Assembly: GCA_964016885.1 (NCBI GenBank)
Contig: CAXHJY010000117.1
Location: 7,260-71,259 of the forward strand
Length of the DNA: 64,000 bases
DNA from: Eledone cirrhosa
Taxonomy: Eukaryota
Direction of reading: 5' to 3'
The position numbers and the translations under genes are program-made. The notes beneath the pieces are model-generated. The model was not told the origin of the DNA and ran no database searches. It saw only the letters and a list, made by a program, of their open reading frames with translations. Shown here piece by piece: positions 62,435 to 64,000 of this stretch. Positions within the stretch are counted from its first letter, which is position 1, and each line of letters opens with the position of its first letter.

Positions 62435-62827
62435 ATGAAGTCGTAGACTAATATTCTATTTAAGAAACCTAATGGTTCTCGGCTTCGGAGTTAAGAATAA
62501 TGTAAATAAATTAGTAGAACGACAATGACAGAGGTTAATAAATTCATAAAAGTAATAATAATTAATATATACATACACACATCTACGTACATACATACAT
62601 ACACGAGCATACACGAAAATATGCCATACATGCATAAACATGCACGTACACATAAACACACGCACACGTGCGTAAACCTGCTGTGTGTATATATATTTAA
62701 TCATTATTAGTTTCATGATTTTAATAACCTCTGTCATTTTCGTTGTACTAATTTATTTACATTATCTTTAACTCTGAAGCCGAGAATCATTCGGTTTCTT
62801 AAATAGAATATTAGTCTACGACTTCAT
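62435..62827. repeat. Inverted repeat with ~145-bp arms
   Basis: 62435-62580 versus 62683-62827. Confidence 0.85.
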
Positions 62828-63123
62828 TTATACCATAAACGTGGTTTTGTCTTTGCGTGTAATTGTTCTCAACGCTCCACATAACGACGTTTAATCTTCG
62901 CTTTTTTCCGTTCATTGCCAGGGAACGTCTTCACGAACCAAAGTATCGTCTTCCTGTTTTCCTTCGGTTGCAACGTTTTTTCGAAATATTTACTTCTGCG
63001 TTCACAAATTGATTTTTTTTTTTTTTTAGTCTCAGAAGATTCCGTTAAGGGTGAAGGTAGTGATTCTTTGCTTAAACTTTAATCTGTGATTTTAATAAAT
63101 ATATATTATACATACATATATAT

Positions 63124-63180
<57 letters not shown>

Positions 63181-63181
<1 letters not shown>

Positions 63182-63388
63182 ACGGAGGAAATGTGGTAAG
63201 GAACCAGGTGGACCATAACGCACCAAAGTACTCAATACTTAGGGTAGTAGAGTTGGTAATAGGAGCGAGTAGGACCCCGACGGCTGAGCTCAAGCCGTTT
63301 CGACGGCTAATTCTGGACTAAAATTCTGGACTAGAATTAGCCGCCGAAACGGCTTGAGCTCAGCCGTCGGGGTCCTATTCGCTCCTAT
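63181..63388. mobile_element. Family C fold-back element
   Basis: Arms ATAGGAGCGAGTAGG...CTAATTCT and AGAATTAG...CCTATTCGCTCCTAT. Confidence 0.82.
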
Positions 63389-63415
63389 ATATATATATTT
63401 TATATACATATATTT

Positions 63416-63454
<39 letters not shown>

Positions 63455-63580
63455 CAATAGATATATACAGATGTCTCGCCGTGTCTATAAGTAGAATGTT
63501 TCTTCAGTCTTACTTAACATGTCACTTTTAATCTATAGACGACAATCTTGAAATCTTACTAACTGGAATGTGACATAATA

Positions 63581-64000
63581 TGGTGGGGGTGGTGGTGTTG
63601 TGTTGATGGTGTTAGTGGTGTGGTAGTGGTAGTGGTGGTAGTGGTGGGGGTGGTAGTGTTCGTATGGTGGTAGTATTAGTGGTGGTGTAGTGATAGTGTG
63701 GTGGTGGGGTAGTGTTCGTGTTGTGGTAGTGGTGGTGTTGTGTTGATGGTGTTAGTGGTGGTGGGGGTGGGGGTGGTAGTGTTCGTGTTGTGGTGGTGTT
63801 GTGCTGATGGTGGTAGTGTTAGTGGTCGTGTGGTAGTGGCGGGGGGTGTAGTGTTCGTGTTGTGTGAGTGGTGTTGGTGGTAATGGTGGGGGTGGTAGTT
63901 TTCGTGTTGTAGTGGTGTTGTGTTGATGGTGGTAGTGTTAGTGGTCGTGTGGTGGTGTCGTGGTAGTGGTGGGGGGAGGGGTGTAGTGTTCGTGTTGTGG
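63581..64000. repeat. (TGG)n-rich degenerate tandem repeat with TAGTGTTCGTGTTG
   Basis: Directly visible; runs off the window. Confidence 0.9.

Overview
Eukaryotic, very AT-rich, non-coding window dominated by (TA)n-derived microsatellites. The repeat style and the main tRNA-SINE suggest an octopod cephalopod, but this is inference from recall, not a search. I find no intact protein-coding gene; nearly all ORFs in the track are microsatellite translation artefacts. Real coding remnants are a Helitron PIF1-helicase C-terminus (22236-22649), a frameshifted CRE-like endonuclease C-terminus (~19605-19864) and two RTE-type LINE C-termini. Also present are about ten copies of a tRNA-headed SINE (several with target-site duplications), a second SINE family, two non-autonomous Helitrons and a 3.1-kb 20-bp minisatellite that apparently arose inside a SINE. 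The main signal is about 20 type I hammerhead-ribozyme folds (CTGANGA...GAAA...TH, mostly with a palindromic helix III). They sit in short, ORF-less, often fold-back elements of several unrelated families between (TA)n tracts, consistent with Penelope-like pseudo-LTR or retrozyme-type elements. Variants include very long helix II insertions and extended helix I. All folds were made by eye, and activity is untested.
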